A stretch of 33,106 nucleotides of DNA. Origin: Candidatus Firestoneibacteriota bacterium (GTDB lineage Bacteria; Oederibacteriota; JAAXVQ01; JAUVAV01). The notes under the pieces are model-generated. The model saw only the letters and a list, made by a program, of their open reading frames with translations, did not search any database and was not told the DNA's origin. The stretch covers positions 1 to 33,106 of the forward strand of contig DAOVYW010000002.1 of assembly GCA_030635415.1 (NCBI GenBank), read 5' to 3'. This document shows, piece by piece, positions 7,396 through 17,355 of the stretch (within the stretch, counting starts at the first letter, position 1; every line of letters starts with the position of its first letter). Both the position numbers and the translations under genes were made by a program.

Positions 7396-9714
7396 ATGAC
7401 TAAGAATTCAAAACCACGATTCCGTATCGGTCGGTTTTTACTTATCTCTGTGCTGGGGATATTACTCCTGGCAGGACTCGCGCTTGCCATAGTTCCACGT
7501 TTTATACCTTGGGAAAAAATCAAATCCAGCGCGGAGAAGAAAATATCAGAAACCATCCAGCATAAGGTTACCATCGATTCCATCCGGTTTAATCTTTTTC
7601 GGGGAATCGAGATCAGGGACCTGAAGATCGAAAATGCCCGGGGTTTTTCCCGGGAACCGTTTTTAACCGATGAAATCGCGGCAATTCAGTACCGCTTGCT
7701 CCCCTTGCTGGCGGGAAAGGTGATGATTAAAGCGATTAAGTTGAAACGGCCGCAGCTGCTGATTGAGAGACGGGCTGACGGCCGATTTAACTTTTCCGAT
7801 ATGCTTCCCCCTCCCTCCGTTTCTGCGCCTAAACCTAAGAGCAAAACCAAACTCCCCACCCGGCTGCCCGTGGAATTGCTGGTAGCCCGCGTGGAAATAT
7901 CGGACGCCTCCCTGGTTTATCGCGATCTTGCCAAAAAGAGTGAACAGCGCCTGGAGGAATTTAATTTAAACATCAGAAATTTAACCCTGGCCGGTCTTAC
8001 TCCGGTAAAAGTTAATTTGGAGGTCAAGCTACGGAGCATGGGGCAGACCATTCCCCTGGTTTTGGAAACAAGTTGGCGCATCAACTACTTTCAGGAGGAA
8101 TTTATCCTGGACGAGTTTATCCTGGATATTCCGGGCGTTAAGGCGACAGTTGAGGGCCAGGTGGAAAAGGTACTTACCGAGCCGAGCCTGAACCTTTCCG
8201 GGAAAGTCAAGGCCGATTTCAACCGGATAGTCAAGGAGCTGCTGCCGTTGCCAGTGAGAAAAAAAATGCCGTTGGAAATAAAAATAGGCGGCACGGCGGA
8301 AAGCGATTTTAAGGTGAGCGGTCCGGTAAAAGACGGGCCCGGGAAGTTATCATTTTCCAGCAGTCTGCAGATCGCGGGCCTGGAAGCGAGTTATAAAGAT
8401 AAATCATTACTGAAGGATTTATCCGCCACCCTTATCATACTTCCGGATAAAATTACGCTTAAAACCCTGACCGGACAATTAGCCGGCCAATCCTTGCGGG
8501 CGGATTTCCAGGCCCAGGGGTTTGATTTACGGCAACCGGATACTTTGAAACCTGACCGGCTGAAGGCTGTGGTTAAGTGGAACCTGGAAAGTGAGTTGCT
8601 GGATATGGATGCTTTGTTGGCTTTATTCTCCGCCGGGAAGGAACCGGCTGGTACAGACCAGCCTAAGCAAACCAAGACAGTTTCGGACAAGCCTGAACCG
8701 GATGCGCGAAAATTCATCCCGGCTAATCTCCGGGTGGATGGCATGGCCAAGCTCGGCGGCCTGCGGTTGGGAGCGGTCAAGCTTGGGGCTATGGATTTTT
8801 CCATGAATTTGAACAAACGCCGGCTTGAGAGTTCGGGAACGCTGCGGGGATATCACGGGAGTATTAAAGACACCCTGCAGTTGGATTTTACCGGACAAGC
8901 GCTGCGCTATGAGGTTAAGGCCCAGGTTGAAAATGTGGATTTGGAACCGCTTCTAAATGACGTGGTGGATACTTTTGTGGCTGCCAAGCTCAAGAAACCG
9001 GAACTGATATCCGAGTTGAAGAGCAAGATGACAGGAATCTTGAGCGGACAAATGGATATTTCCGGAAGCGGTATACGTACGGCTACGGCTATGCCGGCTC
9101 TGAAGGGTCAGGGCAGCTTTGCCATAAAAAAAGGATATCTACGCCAATTCGCGTTCCAGGAAAAGCTGGCACAATGGTTCGGGAGTGATAAATTTAAGCA
9201 GGATATCCCCTTTGATCATACGGTTATGGAATTTTCCCTGGATCGACAGATAGTAAGGGTTACGAAATTTGTGGCGGAATCCGGGCCCCGGGGCGAAGCC
9301 GGTGATATCCGGATGACTGCCAACGGAAAATTGACTTTTAAGGCGGCTTTTAAGGATTTCAAGCTGCGCCCGCGCCTGCATCCCCGGGCAGCGAAAGAGT
9401 TATCGCCGGAATTTCAAAAATACAACGAGATCCTCAAGGATGAACGCGGGTGGGTCACGATACCAATGGTTTTAAACGGACCGATTAAGAAACCGGACGT
9501 GAAGCCGGATTGGAACTGGATGCGGAAACAATTCGGGAGCAAGGCCAAAAGAAAAATCAAGCTGGCCGCCGATGAGGCGGGAAAAAAAGTTGAACAGTTT
9601 ATAAAAAAGCAGAAGGACAAACCGCCGGAAGAGATCAAACAGGATTTAAACCGGGAGTTGAACAAGGCCAAGGAGAAATTAAAGGATTTGAATTTGAAGA
9701 ATCTTTTTAAATAG
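7396..9714 (+). CDS. AsmA-family outer-membrane biogenesis protein
   Basis: 772 aa. One N-terminal TM anchor (FLLISVLGILLLAGLALAIV) is followed by a long beta-rich region with AsmA-like strings (VTIDSIRFNLFRGIEIRDLKIEN, VEISDASLVYRD). The C-terminal tail is Lys-rich. Confidence 0.75.
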   Translation: MTKNSKPRFRIGRFLLISVLGILLLAGLALAIVPRFIPWEKIKSSAEKKISETIQHKVTIDSIRFNLFRGIEIRDLKIENARGFSREPFLTDEIAAIQYRLLPLLAGKVMIKAIKLKRPQLLIERRADGRFNFSDMLPPPSVSAPKPKSKTKLPTRLPVELLVARVEISDASLVYRDLAKKSEQRLEEFNLNIRNLTLAGLTPVKVNLEVKLRSMGQTIPLVLETSWRINYFQEEFILDEFILDIPGVKATVEGQVEKVLTEPSLNLSGKVKADFNRIVKELLPLPVRKKMPLEIKIGGTAESDFKVSGPVKDGPGKLSFSSSLQIAGLEASYKDKSLLKDLSATLIILPDKITLKTLTGQLAGQSLRADFQAQGFDLRQPDTLKPDRLKAVVKWNLESELLDMDALLALFSAGKEPAGTDQPKQTKTVSDKPEPDARKFIPANLRVDGMAKLGGLRLGAVKLGAMDFSMNLNKRRLESSGTLRGYHGSIKDTLQLDFTGQALRYEVKAQVENVDLEPLLNDVVDTFVAAKLKKPELISELKSKMTGILSGQMDISGSGIRTATAMPALKGQGSFAIKKGYLRQFAFQEKLAQWFGSDKFKQDIPFDHTVMEFSLDRQIVRVTKFVAESGPRGEAGDIRMTANGKLTFKAAFKDFKLRPRLHPRAAKELSPEFQKYNEILKDERGWVTIPMVLNGPIKKPDVKPDWNWMRKQFGSKAKRKIKLAADEAGKKVEQFIKKQKDKPPEEIKQDLNRELNKAKEKLKDLNLKNLFK

Positions 9715-9947
9715 TTGGATAATAAGTCGATTCTTTCTATTGGTCTTTTTTCGCTGTTGTCTTCACGTACGCGGAAATTCAAAAACTGTACAACATATTA
9801 ACCGTTCGTTAAGACATTGCCGGGAGTTGTAGGGGCGTTTAATTAAACGACCTGTCCTGAGCAACGCCGAAGGGCCCTACATTCCGTGGGGGCATATTTA
9901 GACAGTAATGACAGCAGATATTAAATAATTTAAGGAAGATAAAATTT

Positions 9948-12443
9948 ATGAAAGCTATAATCATGGCCGGCGGTTTCGGGACCAGGCTGCGTCCGCTTAC
10001 CTGCAACATTCCCAAACCCATGGTTCCCATGTTGAACCGGCCGATGTTGGAGCATATTTTTAATTTATTGAAGAGGCATGGCTTTACGGAGTTCGTAGTC
10101 GCCCTCTATTTTCAACCCGAGGTTATCCAGGAATACTTTGGCGACGGCTCTGCCTGGGGGATCAAAATTTCCTACCTGTTGCCCGACTCGGATTTGGGCA
10201 CAGCCGGCTGTGTCAAGCAAGCCGCGCAGCTTTTGGGCCGGGATGCTTTTATGGTGATTTCCGGCGATGTGCTTACCAACATTGATCTATCCCGGGCCCT
10301 GGCTTATCACCGGGAAAAAAAGGCCCAAGCCACTTTAGTGCTGGGACGGGTGGATAATCCGCTGGCCTATGGAATTGTTATAACCCGTGACGACGGCCGG
10401 GTCTCCCGTTTTATGGAGAAACCGGGGTGGGGCGAGGTATTTTCCGATACGATTAATACCGGTATTTATATTCTTGAACCCGAGGTGCTGGATAGGATAC
10501 CCCCGGAGGAATATGATTTCAGCAAACAATTATTTCCCGAAATGCTCTACGCCAAGGTCCCGATCTATGGCTATATTGCCGAAGATGGCTATTGGAAAGA
10601 TGTTGGCAACTTGACCGAGTACCGGCAGGCGCATTACGATGCCCTCCGGGCCGGGAAGGATTTGGTTGCTTTGGGGAAGGATAAATGGGTCAAGGGAAAT
10701 TTAATCGGCGCGGAATGCTATATAGATCCTTCGGCCGTGCTGGAGCAAGGAGTAGTACTGGGAGATTATTGCTGGATCGGTCCCAATGTGCGGATTGCCA
10801 ATACGGTAATGGGGTCCTCCTGCCGGATAGGCGAAGGGTCAAAACTGATCGGCTGTATAATCTGGGATAATGTCTCCATTGGGAACGGAGCCAATTTAAA
10901 AGAAGTAACCCTGGCAAATGACTGCCAGATCGGATCACGGACTTATATCGGCGTAGGGACTGTGATAGCGGAGCATTGCAGCATAGGTGAGGATGCCACG
11001 GTGAAGGCTGAGGTAAAAGTTTGGCCCTATAAAATTATCGAAGCAGGAACCACGCTCTCGACCTCTTTGATCTGGGGAGAACGGTGGACAAAACATATCT
11101 TCGATGCCTACGGAGTCTCCGGTTTAGGCAACATCGAGATCACGCCGGAATTCGCCGCCAAGCTGGGAGCCGCTTATGGAGCTTCCCTGCGTAAGGGGGA
11201 TTTTGTTATTTCCAGCCGCGACCATCACAAGACCTCGCGTATTATTGACCGCGCCATTATGACCGGCCTGGCTTCGGTAGGGGTTAATGTTTATGATCTG
11301 CGCGTGGTACCCACGCCCGTAGCGAGATATTCAGTGCGGGCGCTTAAAGTGGCCGGCGGGTTTCATGTCCGCAAATCGCCGTATAATGCCATGATTATGG
11401 ATATCAAGTTTTTTGACGCTCAGGGCAAGGAACTGTCCGGCGCCAAGGAGAAAGGGATCGAGAACCTGTTTTTTCGCGAGGACTTTCCCCGGGCGGAGAT
11501 GGAAGCGGCCGGGGAAATTATGTTCCCTCCCCGGGCGCTGGAATACTACCAGGAAGGATTTATGCGCGTCCTGGACCGTGATCAAATTCGGAAGGCGAAA
11601 TCCAAGGTAGTAATTGATTATGCCTGGGGAAGCGCGGTGGGGATTTTTCCGCAAGTATTAGGCGATCTGCACTGCGAAGTCATCGCGCTTAACTCTTATC
11701 CGGACGGGACCCGCTTAACTAAGGGTCCGGAGGAATTCGACCAGTCGTTGAAAAGGCTGGGGGAAATCGTGGGCACCCTGAAAGCGCATCTGGGAGTAAT
11801 GATGGATGCCGGAGCGCAGAAAATATTTATTGTTGATGATACCGGGAGAATCCTGGATGATGATCTGGCTCTGGCCTTGATGACGCTGCTGGTGCTTAAA
11901 GCCAAGAACGGTGCCCGCATTGGTGTGCCGATTTCCGCCTCACGGATAATTGAAGATCTCGCGCAGCAGTACAACGGACGGGTTCTGCGGACCAAGACAC
12001 CGTACACAGCCATTATGGAGGCGGCGGGCCGGCGCCGGCTGGATTTTCTGGGTGAGCCCCGGGGAGGATATATCTTTCCGCAGTTTCAACCGGCATTTGA
12101 TGCTATGATGGCTACGGCCAAACTCCTGGAACTGCTGGCCAACGCCCAAGAGCCGCTCAGCCAATTGGTTGACCAAATCCCGCCGATCCACATGCTGCGC
12201 CGCCAAATAGCCTGTTCGTGGGAACAAAAAGGCGCTATTATGCGCCGTCTGATTGAGGCTACGCGGTCGGAAAAAGTCCAGTTATTAGACGGTGTGAAAA
12301 TTTGGCATGGCAAATCCTGGGTACTGATTATGCCGGACGCGGATAAACCTTTTTTTCACATTAATGTCGAAGGCGTTAATTCAGAACAATGCCAACAACT
12401 GCTTCTGCGTTATACTCAAATGATCCAGGAATGGCAAGGATAG
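9948..12443 (+). CDS. fused sugar-1-phosphate nucleotidyltransferase (ManC/GlmU-like, with hexapeptide repeats) and phosphomannomutase/phosphoglucomutase-like C-terminal domain
   Basis: 831 aa. The N-terminus has MKAIIMAGGFGTRLRPLT (GxGTRLxPLT, 9969-10001). The middle has left-handed beta-helix hexapeptide repeats (IGPNVRIANTVMGSSCRIGEGSKLIGCIIWDNVSIGNGANL...). The C-terminal ~450 aa has the alpha-D-phosphohexomutase domain layout, but with GGFHVRKSPYN (11355-11387) and DAGAQK (11805-11822) in place of the canonical motifs. Confidence 0.88.
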   Translation: MKAIIMAGGFGTRLRPLTCNIPKPMVPMLNRPMLEHIFNLLKRHGFTEFVVALYFQPEVIQEYFGDGSAWGIKISYLLPDSDLGTAGCVKQAAQLLGRDAFMVISGDVLTNIDLSRALAYHREKKAQATLVLGRVDNPLAYGIVITRDDGRVSRFMEKPGWGEVFSDTINTGIYILEPEVLDRIPPEEYDFSKQLFPEMLYAKVPIYGYIAEDGYWKDVGNLTEYRQAHYDALRAGKDLVALGKDKWVKGNLIGAECYIDPSAVLEQGVVLGDYCWIGPNVRIANTVMGSSCRIGEGSKLIGCIIWDNVSIGNGANLKEVTLANDCQIGSRTYIGVGTVIAEHCSIGEDATVKAEVKVWPYKIIEAGTTLSTSLIWGERWTKHIFDAYGVSGLGNIEITPEFAAKLGAAYGASLRKGDFVISSRDHHKTSRIIDRAIMTGLASVGVNVYDLRVVPTPVARYSVRALKVAGGFHVRKSPYNAMIMDIKFFDAQGKELSGAKEKGIENLFFREDFPRAEMEAAGEIMFPPRALEYYQEGFMRVLDRDQIRKAKSKVVIDYAWGSAVGIFPQVLGDLHCEVIALNSYPDGTRLTKGPEEFDQSLKRLGEIVGTLKAHLGVMMDAGAQKIFIVDDTGRILDDDLALALMTLLVLKAKNGARIGVPISASRIIEDLAQQYNGRVLRTKTPYTAIMEAAGRRRLDFLGEPRGGYIFPQFQPAFDAMMATAKLLELLANAQEPLSQLVDQIPPIHMLRRQIACSWEQKGAIMRRLIEATRSEKVQLLDGVKIWHGKSWVLIMPDADKPFFHINVEGVNSEQCQQLLLRYTQMIQEWQG

Positions 12444-12455
12444 GAGATTTGCATT

Positions 12456-13871
12456 ATGAATATTAATTTTGGGACTTCCGGGTGGCGCGACATTATTGCG
12501 GATGGATTTACTTTCAGCAAAGTAACGGCTGTTACCCGGGCCGTGGCCCGTTATTTAAAAGCTAAGCGGCTGGCCGGCCGCGGGGTGCTGATCGGGCATG
12601 ATCCGCGGTTTCTTTCCGAGGAATTTTCCCGGCATGCCGCCGCCATACTAAGTGAAGAGGGCCTCACAGTCCACTTGGTGGAAAGCCCGGCACCCACTCC
12701 GGCCCTGGCTCTGGCCATTCAAAATCTGGGATTAGCGGGCGGGATTAATTTCACAGCGAGTCACAATCCTGCTGTCTATCAGGGATTCAAGTGGTCAAAT
12801 GCTTTTGGCGGGCCGGCGACCAAGGAAGAAGTCCGGCTGATTGAAAAAGAAGCCAACCGTTTGTTGGCACGAGGGGGAGGCAGGCCGTCCCGGGGAATAC
12901 GAAAAGGGAAGATTATTATTTTTGATCCCAAGCCCGCTTATTTCAAGCGCCTGGATAAGCTGGCTGCCATGCCGGTATTGCGCCGAGTCAAGTTAAAAAT
13001 CATAGCCGATCCTCTTTACGGCGCCGGCCAGGGATATCTGGCAGAGGCCTTGCGCCGGGCCGGCTGCCGCGTGGAAGTATTGCATGATTGGCGGGACACC
13101 TTATTTGGCGGGAACGCCCCGGAACCGAATGCCGAGCATATGCGGGAAGCCGCGGCGCTTATGAAAAAGCGGCGTTCCCGGCTGGCCTTAGGCACGGACG
13201 GAGACGCGGACCGCTTTGGCGTAGTAGATGCGGATGGAACATATATCACGGCCAACGAGGTTCTGGCTTTGACCGTATATTTACTGGTTCGGCATCGCGG
13301 CTGGCGCGGCCGCGTGGTACGTTCAGTGGTTACCAGTCACCTGGTGGATGCTGTAGCCGGGCAGTATGATCTGCCGGTGGAAGTCACACCAGTGGGATTT
13401 AAGTATATCGGGGAGAGCATGATCAGGGGAGGTTTTCTGGCCGGGGGAGAGGAGAGCGGCGGCCTGACCATTGCCAATCATATCCCGGAAAAAGACGGCA
13501 TTTTAGCTTGTTTACTAATGGCAGAACTGGTGGCACGAGAAAAGCGGAGCTTGGGGGCCATATTGAAGTCCATCTATGGACGGGTCGGTACTATAATAAC
13601 CGACCGGGTCAATGTCCAGTTGCCCAACTCCGGGGCTGGGCGGCAATTGCGGCGGAAGATGGATAAATTTCGTCCGGATAAATTAGCCGGGCGCCGGGTG
13701 GTGGAAATAGACAATATGGATGGTTATAAATACATTTTACAAGATGGTACCTGGCTGGCTATCCGTTTATCTGGTACCGAGCCGGTAGCCAGATTATACC
13801 TGGAAGCAAGGAATAAGCAGGGCTTGAGGCGTTTGGCCGGGGAGGGACGCAGGCTCCTTGCAAACATCTAA
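12456..13871 (+). CDS. phosphoglucomutase/phosphomannomutase (alpha-D-phosphohexomutase family)
   Basis: 471 aa with FGTSGWR near the N-terminus, catalytic-Ser loop TASHNP (12753-12770), metal loop GTDGDADR (13191-13214) and sugar loop GGEESGG. AGGAG lies upstream of the ATG. Confidence 0.92.
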   Translation: MNINFGTSGWRDIIADGFTFSKVTAVTRAVARYLKAKRLAGRGVLIGHDPRFLSEEFSRHAAAILSEEGLTVHLVESPAPTPALALAIQNLGLAGGINFTASHNPAVYQGFKWSNAFGGPATKEEVRLIEKEANRLLARGGGRPSRGIRKGKIIIFDPKPAYFKRLDKLAAMPVLRRVKLKIIADPLYGAGQGYLAEALRRAGCRVEVLHDWRDTLFGGNAPEPNAEHMREAAALMKKRRSRLALGTDGDADRFGVVDADGTYITANEVLALTVYLLVRHRGWRGRVVRSVVTSHLVDAVAGQYDLPVEVTPVGFKYIGESMIRGGFLAGGEESGGLTIANHIPEKDGILACLLMAELVAREKRSLGAILKSIYGRVGTIITDRVNVQLPNSGAGRQLRRKMDKFRPDKLAGRRVVEIDNMDGYKYILQDGTWLAIRLSGTEPVARLYLEARNKQGLRRLAGEGRRLLANI

Positions 13872-15147
13872 ATACCGGATTGAGCCCGTACAGCGGGAAG
13901 TATTCAGCAATGGACTTACCTTACTGGTGCAGCCGCTTCCCGGCTTGGTTTCGGTTTCCGTTGGGCTGAACGTAAAAACCGGTTCCCGGGATGAAACCCG
14001 GAGGGAAATGGGATGGAGCCATCTCATAGAGCATATGCTCTTCCAGGGAACCAGGCGCCGGAGCATGCGTGAGCTCGCGCGGGTTCTGACCGCGGTTGGC
14101 GGATATCTGGATGCTTGTACCGGCCGTGAAAGTACCACGTATTACGCCAAGGTACCGGCCTCTCACCTGTCTCTGGCCCTGGATGTTATTTCAGATATAA
14201 TAACCAATTACCGATTTAATCCCCATAGTCTGGAAAAAGAGAAGCGGATTATTCTTGAGGAAATCGGAATGTATGAAGACGCGCCGGACGAGTTAATCCA
14301 TGACCTTTTCGCCCAAGCCCTCTGGCCCAACCATCCGCTGGGACGACCGATTCTGGGAACCCGGGCCGGATTGAAAAACGTGACCTGCCGCGATCTGCGC
14401 GCGTACCTGCAGCGCCATTATCAGCCTTCGGAAATGATGCTGGCCATAGCCGGAAACGTCAGGAACTTGAAGGCAAGCAGATTGGCAAAACAATATTTTG
14501 GAAACCTGGTTAACCAAGGCCGGAGCTCTGAGCAAGGCCCGCCGGTTCCGGCTCCGGCTTTTAAGTCCCGGCGGCAACATCGTCGGCTTGAACAGCTGCA
14601 CATTTGCGTAGGAGTTAAAGGACTCCCCTATGCGGATAAACGCCGGCTGACAGCCGTGGCGCTCTCGAACATTCTGGGGGCCGGCAGCAATTCGCGCTTG
14701 TTTTACCAGGTGCGGGAGCGAAAGGCGCTGGCTTATTCTGTTTATTCTTTCATGGATTTTTTTCGCGATACCGGAGTGGCCGGGATATACATGGCCTGTC
14801 ATCCCGGGAAATTGAAGCATGCCATGCAGATTGTCCGCGATGAATTGCGGCGTATTGCCACGCGTCTGATCTCCGACCGGGAATGGCATGATGTTCGCGA
14901 GCAAATGCAGGGCGGGTTATTACTTTCCCTGGAGAGTTCATCATCGCATATGTGGCAGATGCTTCAGGAAGAGGATTATCTTCAAAAACATTCCGGCATT
15001 CCCGCTGTCCTGCGGGCGCTGAACCGCATTTCCAAACAGGATATTCTCAACCTGGCCCGTGATTTATTCCTGGAAGCGCCCATAACCTCGGCCATGATCG
15101 GTCCCCTGCCCAAAACTCCGCTTCCGGATATCAGTTTGTTGAAGTAA
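13858..15147 (+). CDS. M16-family (pitrilysin/insulinase-type) zinc peptidase
   Basis: 429 aa with inverted zinc motif HLIEH (14020-14034) followed by MLFQGT, and later EEIGMYEDAPDE. The start is a TTG that overlaps the preceding stop by 14 nt, with GGGAGGGA ~10 nt upstream. The start is uncertain. Confidence 0.88.
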   Translation: MQTSKYRIEPVQREVFSNGLTLLVQPLPGLVSVSVGLNVKTGSRDETRREMGWSHLIEHMLFQGTRRRSMRELARVLTAVGGYLDACTGRESTTYYAKVPASHLSLALDVISDIITNYRFNPHSLEKEKRIILEEIGMYEDAPDELIHDLFAQALWPNHPLGRPILGTRAGLKNVTCRDLRAYLQRHYQPSEMMLAIAGNVRNLKASRLAKQYFGNLVNQGRSSEQGPPVPAPAFKSRRQHRRLEQLHICVGVKGLPYADKRRLTAVALSNILGAGSNSRLFYQVRERKALAYSVYSFMDFFRDTGVAGIYMACHPGKLKHAMQIVRDELRRIATRLISDREWHDVREQMQGGLLLSLESSSSHMWQMLQEEDYLQKHSGIPAVLRALNRISKQDILNLARDLFLEAPITSAMIGPLPKTPLPDISLLK

Positions 15148-15552
15148 CAGGCAATATATAAACCGGCCGGGGCAGTTGTCCACTTTCATATGCAAAATCC
15201 CCCCTCGCTTACCACTTTTTCAAAGGGGGAAGAGCGCTTAAAATCCGCTTTTGTGCCTAAGTCCGACAGGCTCCTAATATTCTCTTGGAAATTTCGCTAT
15301 CATTTCTCTTGGCCATCGTATGAGGGTGTATTTTGCAGAACACTTAGTCAGCGATGTTTTTTTCTGAATCAATCTGAAATTGCGAACTTTATTTCACACT
15401 ACCTGCAACCCGGTTTATTGCTTTGTTCTAACTGAATTCCGGGTTTCTAAAATCTTAATTTGGACAAATACGAAAAAAATCTAAAAATAATTATTTTTTT
15501 TGAAAGGAATTATGTGGCAACTGGTCTGTATATTTAAAAGGAGAAAAGAGTT

Positions 15553-15858
15553 ATGTCTAAACGGTTTTTTTGGCTGATAATTGTTCTGGTGGTTTTGGCC
15601 GGCGGGATAGTTGGTGGATTTTGGCTGGGGAAGAAAATATCCGGTAACCGGACAGCGGCCTTTAAGGCCGGTCCGGGCGGGAAAGAGGCTTTGACGGAAA
15701 AAGAGGCCGGGTATTTAAACCGGGCGTATGGCACGCCTCCCGGGAAAGAGCCAGCCGTGATTCCGGGTTCCCCGGGAAGCAGGACAGGGGCGGAGGTTTT
15801 AAAAACGCTGCGGGAAGTGCAGGAAATAAATCGGATGAATACTCAAAATGAGAAATAA
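15553..15858 (+). CDS. small single-pass membrane protein, first gene of the efflux operon
   Basis: 101 aa with AAGGAG 8 nt upstream of the ATG. It has an N-terminal TM (FFWLIIVLVVLAGGIVGGFWLG) and a Gly/Pro/Lys-rich tail. No family recognised. Confidence 0.55.
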   Translation: MSKRFFWLIIVLVVLAGGIVGGFWLGKKISGNRTAAFKAGPGGKEALTEKEAGYLNRAYGTPPGKEPAVIPGSPGSRTGAEVLKTLREVQEINRMNTQNEK

Positions 15859-15868
15859 TGGAGGAAAA

Positions 15869-17323
15869 ATGAAGCCTAAGCCAGGATCAGGAAGAACCGG
15901 TGGTATAGGGGTGATCTGCTTGATATCCTTGCAATTACTGGCTGGTTATTCCGCCGGGGCAGAGAGCCGGAGCGGGAACCCAGCGGATGATAAACCGGCT
16001 ATCAGCCGGCAGGAAAGCCTCGCGATTAGCGAAAAGAATTATGCGCCTCTGCGCCTGGCCCGGGAAGAGATCGAGGTTATGCATGCCAAAGCGGCCGAAG
16101 CGGCCCGTAATCTCTGGCCGAATTTTTCGGCCAAGGGCGAGTATACCAAGGGCGCGGAAATCGAGGAACTGGGCACGCCGGGATTTGAAGAGAAAAGCTA
16201 TGGGCTCCAACTAAGCCATACCCTATTTAAAGGCGGGGGCATATGGGCCGCGTACCAACAAGCGGACGCCAATCTGCTAATCTCCCGTTTTAAATATCAA
16301 AAAGTCCGGCAGGATATGATTTACCGGGTTACTGAGGCTTATTGGAATCTGGCCCGCACCCAGGCTGATCTGTCCGACTGTCAACGCGGACGTGAGGCGC
16401 TCAAACAATATGACCGTATGGCTAAAAAACTATACCGGAATGGAGTGATAGATAAGCGGCAATTGCTGGCAACCGAATCGCAGTTAAATCAATCCGAGTA
16501 TCAATATGAAAGCGCCAGGATTGAGTGCGAGAAATTTCTCTGGGAATGGACTGCGGCTCTGGGACTTGACAATCCGCCGGATAGGCGTCCCCCTCAGAGT
16601 GTTCCCTTTCAGAAATTGGAGATCAAGCTGAACGAGTGCCTGCCAACCGCCCTCGCCGGACATCCGGAAATACTTATGCAGGAAGCGGCGCTCCAGGCAA
16701 GCGGGTATGAACTGAAGGTAAGAAACAGCGCGGATTGGCCCAAACTGGAACTGAACGGATTTTACGGGCGGAGCGGCGGAGCTTACCAGAGTGAGACTCT
16801 GGAGTTGAATGAAGATTATAATATTACGGTTAAATTAACCCAAACCCTGGCCTGGAATACCCTGGAAATTTCGGGGTTTGATCAAAAAACCAGTCCTAAG
16901 CTGGGACAGTCCACCCGCACCGAAGCCCGCACGGCTACGGCAGCTCTGGGTTTTATGGACGGATACAAGGCGGCGGCGGAAAAACGGGAAGCCGGGTTGA
17001 ATCGCCGGGAAGCGGAATTTAAGCTCAAGCAGGCGCAGGAAAGCGTGGCTGCCGGGGTACGGGAAGCGTTTTATAATTACCGTAAAGCGTTAATCCAGAT
17101 CAAAAACGCCGAGCTTGACCTGGACTTGAGCCGGAAGGGACTGGCTATTAATAAAATCAATCTCAGGGATAGCCGAGCAACTATTGACGATGTGGCAAAA
17201 AGCAGAAACGAACTTGCTAATGCCGGGATTGCATTACGGGAAGCAAAAGTGTTTTACCTGATCTCCCGGGCGGCCTTGGACCGGGCTATTGGTAAACCGG
17301 GAAAGTATGAGGTTGGGGAGTAA
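15869..17323 (+). CDS. TolC-family outer membrane efflux protein
   Basis: The ORF opens at 15848. The ATG at 15869 follows GGAGG (15860-15864) and gives a signal-peptide-like N-terminus (MKPKPGSGRTGGIGVICLISLQLLAGYSAGA). Two-fold coiled-coil/beta-barrel repeat pattern typical of the OEP family (YQQADANLLISRFKYQKVRQDMIYRVTEAYWNL...; ...AGVREAFYNYRKALIQIKNAE). Confidence 0.85.
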   Translation: MKPKPGSGRTGGIGVICLISLQLLAGYSAGAESRSGNPADDKPAISRQESLAISEKNYAPLRLAREEIEVMHAKAAEAARNLWPNFSAKGEYTKGAEIEELGTPGFEEKSYGLQLSHTLFKGGGIWAAYQQADANLLISRFKYQKVRQDMIYRVTEAYWNLARTQADLSDCQRGREALKQYDRMAKKLYRNGVIDKRQLLATESQLNQSEYQYESARIECEKFLWEWTAALGLDNPPDRRPPQSVPFQKLEIKLNECLPTALAGHPEILMQEAALQASGYELKVRNSADWPKLELNGFYGRSGGAYQSETLELNEDYNITVKLTQTLAWNTLEISGFDQKTSPKLGQSTRTEARTATAALGFMDGYKAAAEKREAGLNRREAEFKLKQAQESVAAGVREAFYNYRKALIQIKNAELDLDLSRKGLAINKINLRDSRATIDDVAKSRNELANAGIALREAKVFYLISRAALDRAIGKPGKYEVGE

Positions 17324-17355
17324 TCATTTATAATACCAATTTTCAAAAAAGGCAG

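Noticed and set aside
15190-15435. 81-aa ORF in the 405-nt gap before the efflux operon, plus weak hairpins (CCCCCT/AGGGGG at ~15199-15229; AAGAGCG/CGCTTTT at 15230-15252)
   Set aside because: There is no RBS and the peptide looks implausible. The hairpins have very long loops or 3-4 strong base pairs only, so I do not call a terminator or a gene. The gap probably holds the operon promoter (AT-rich 15460-15540).
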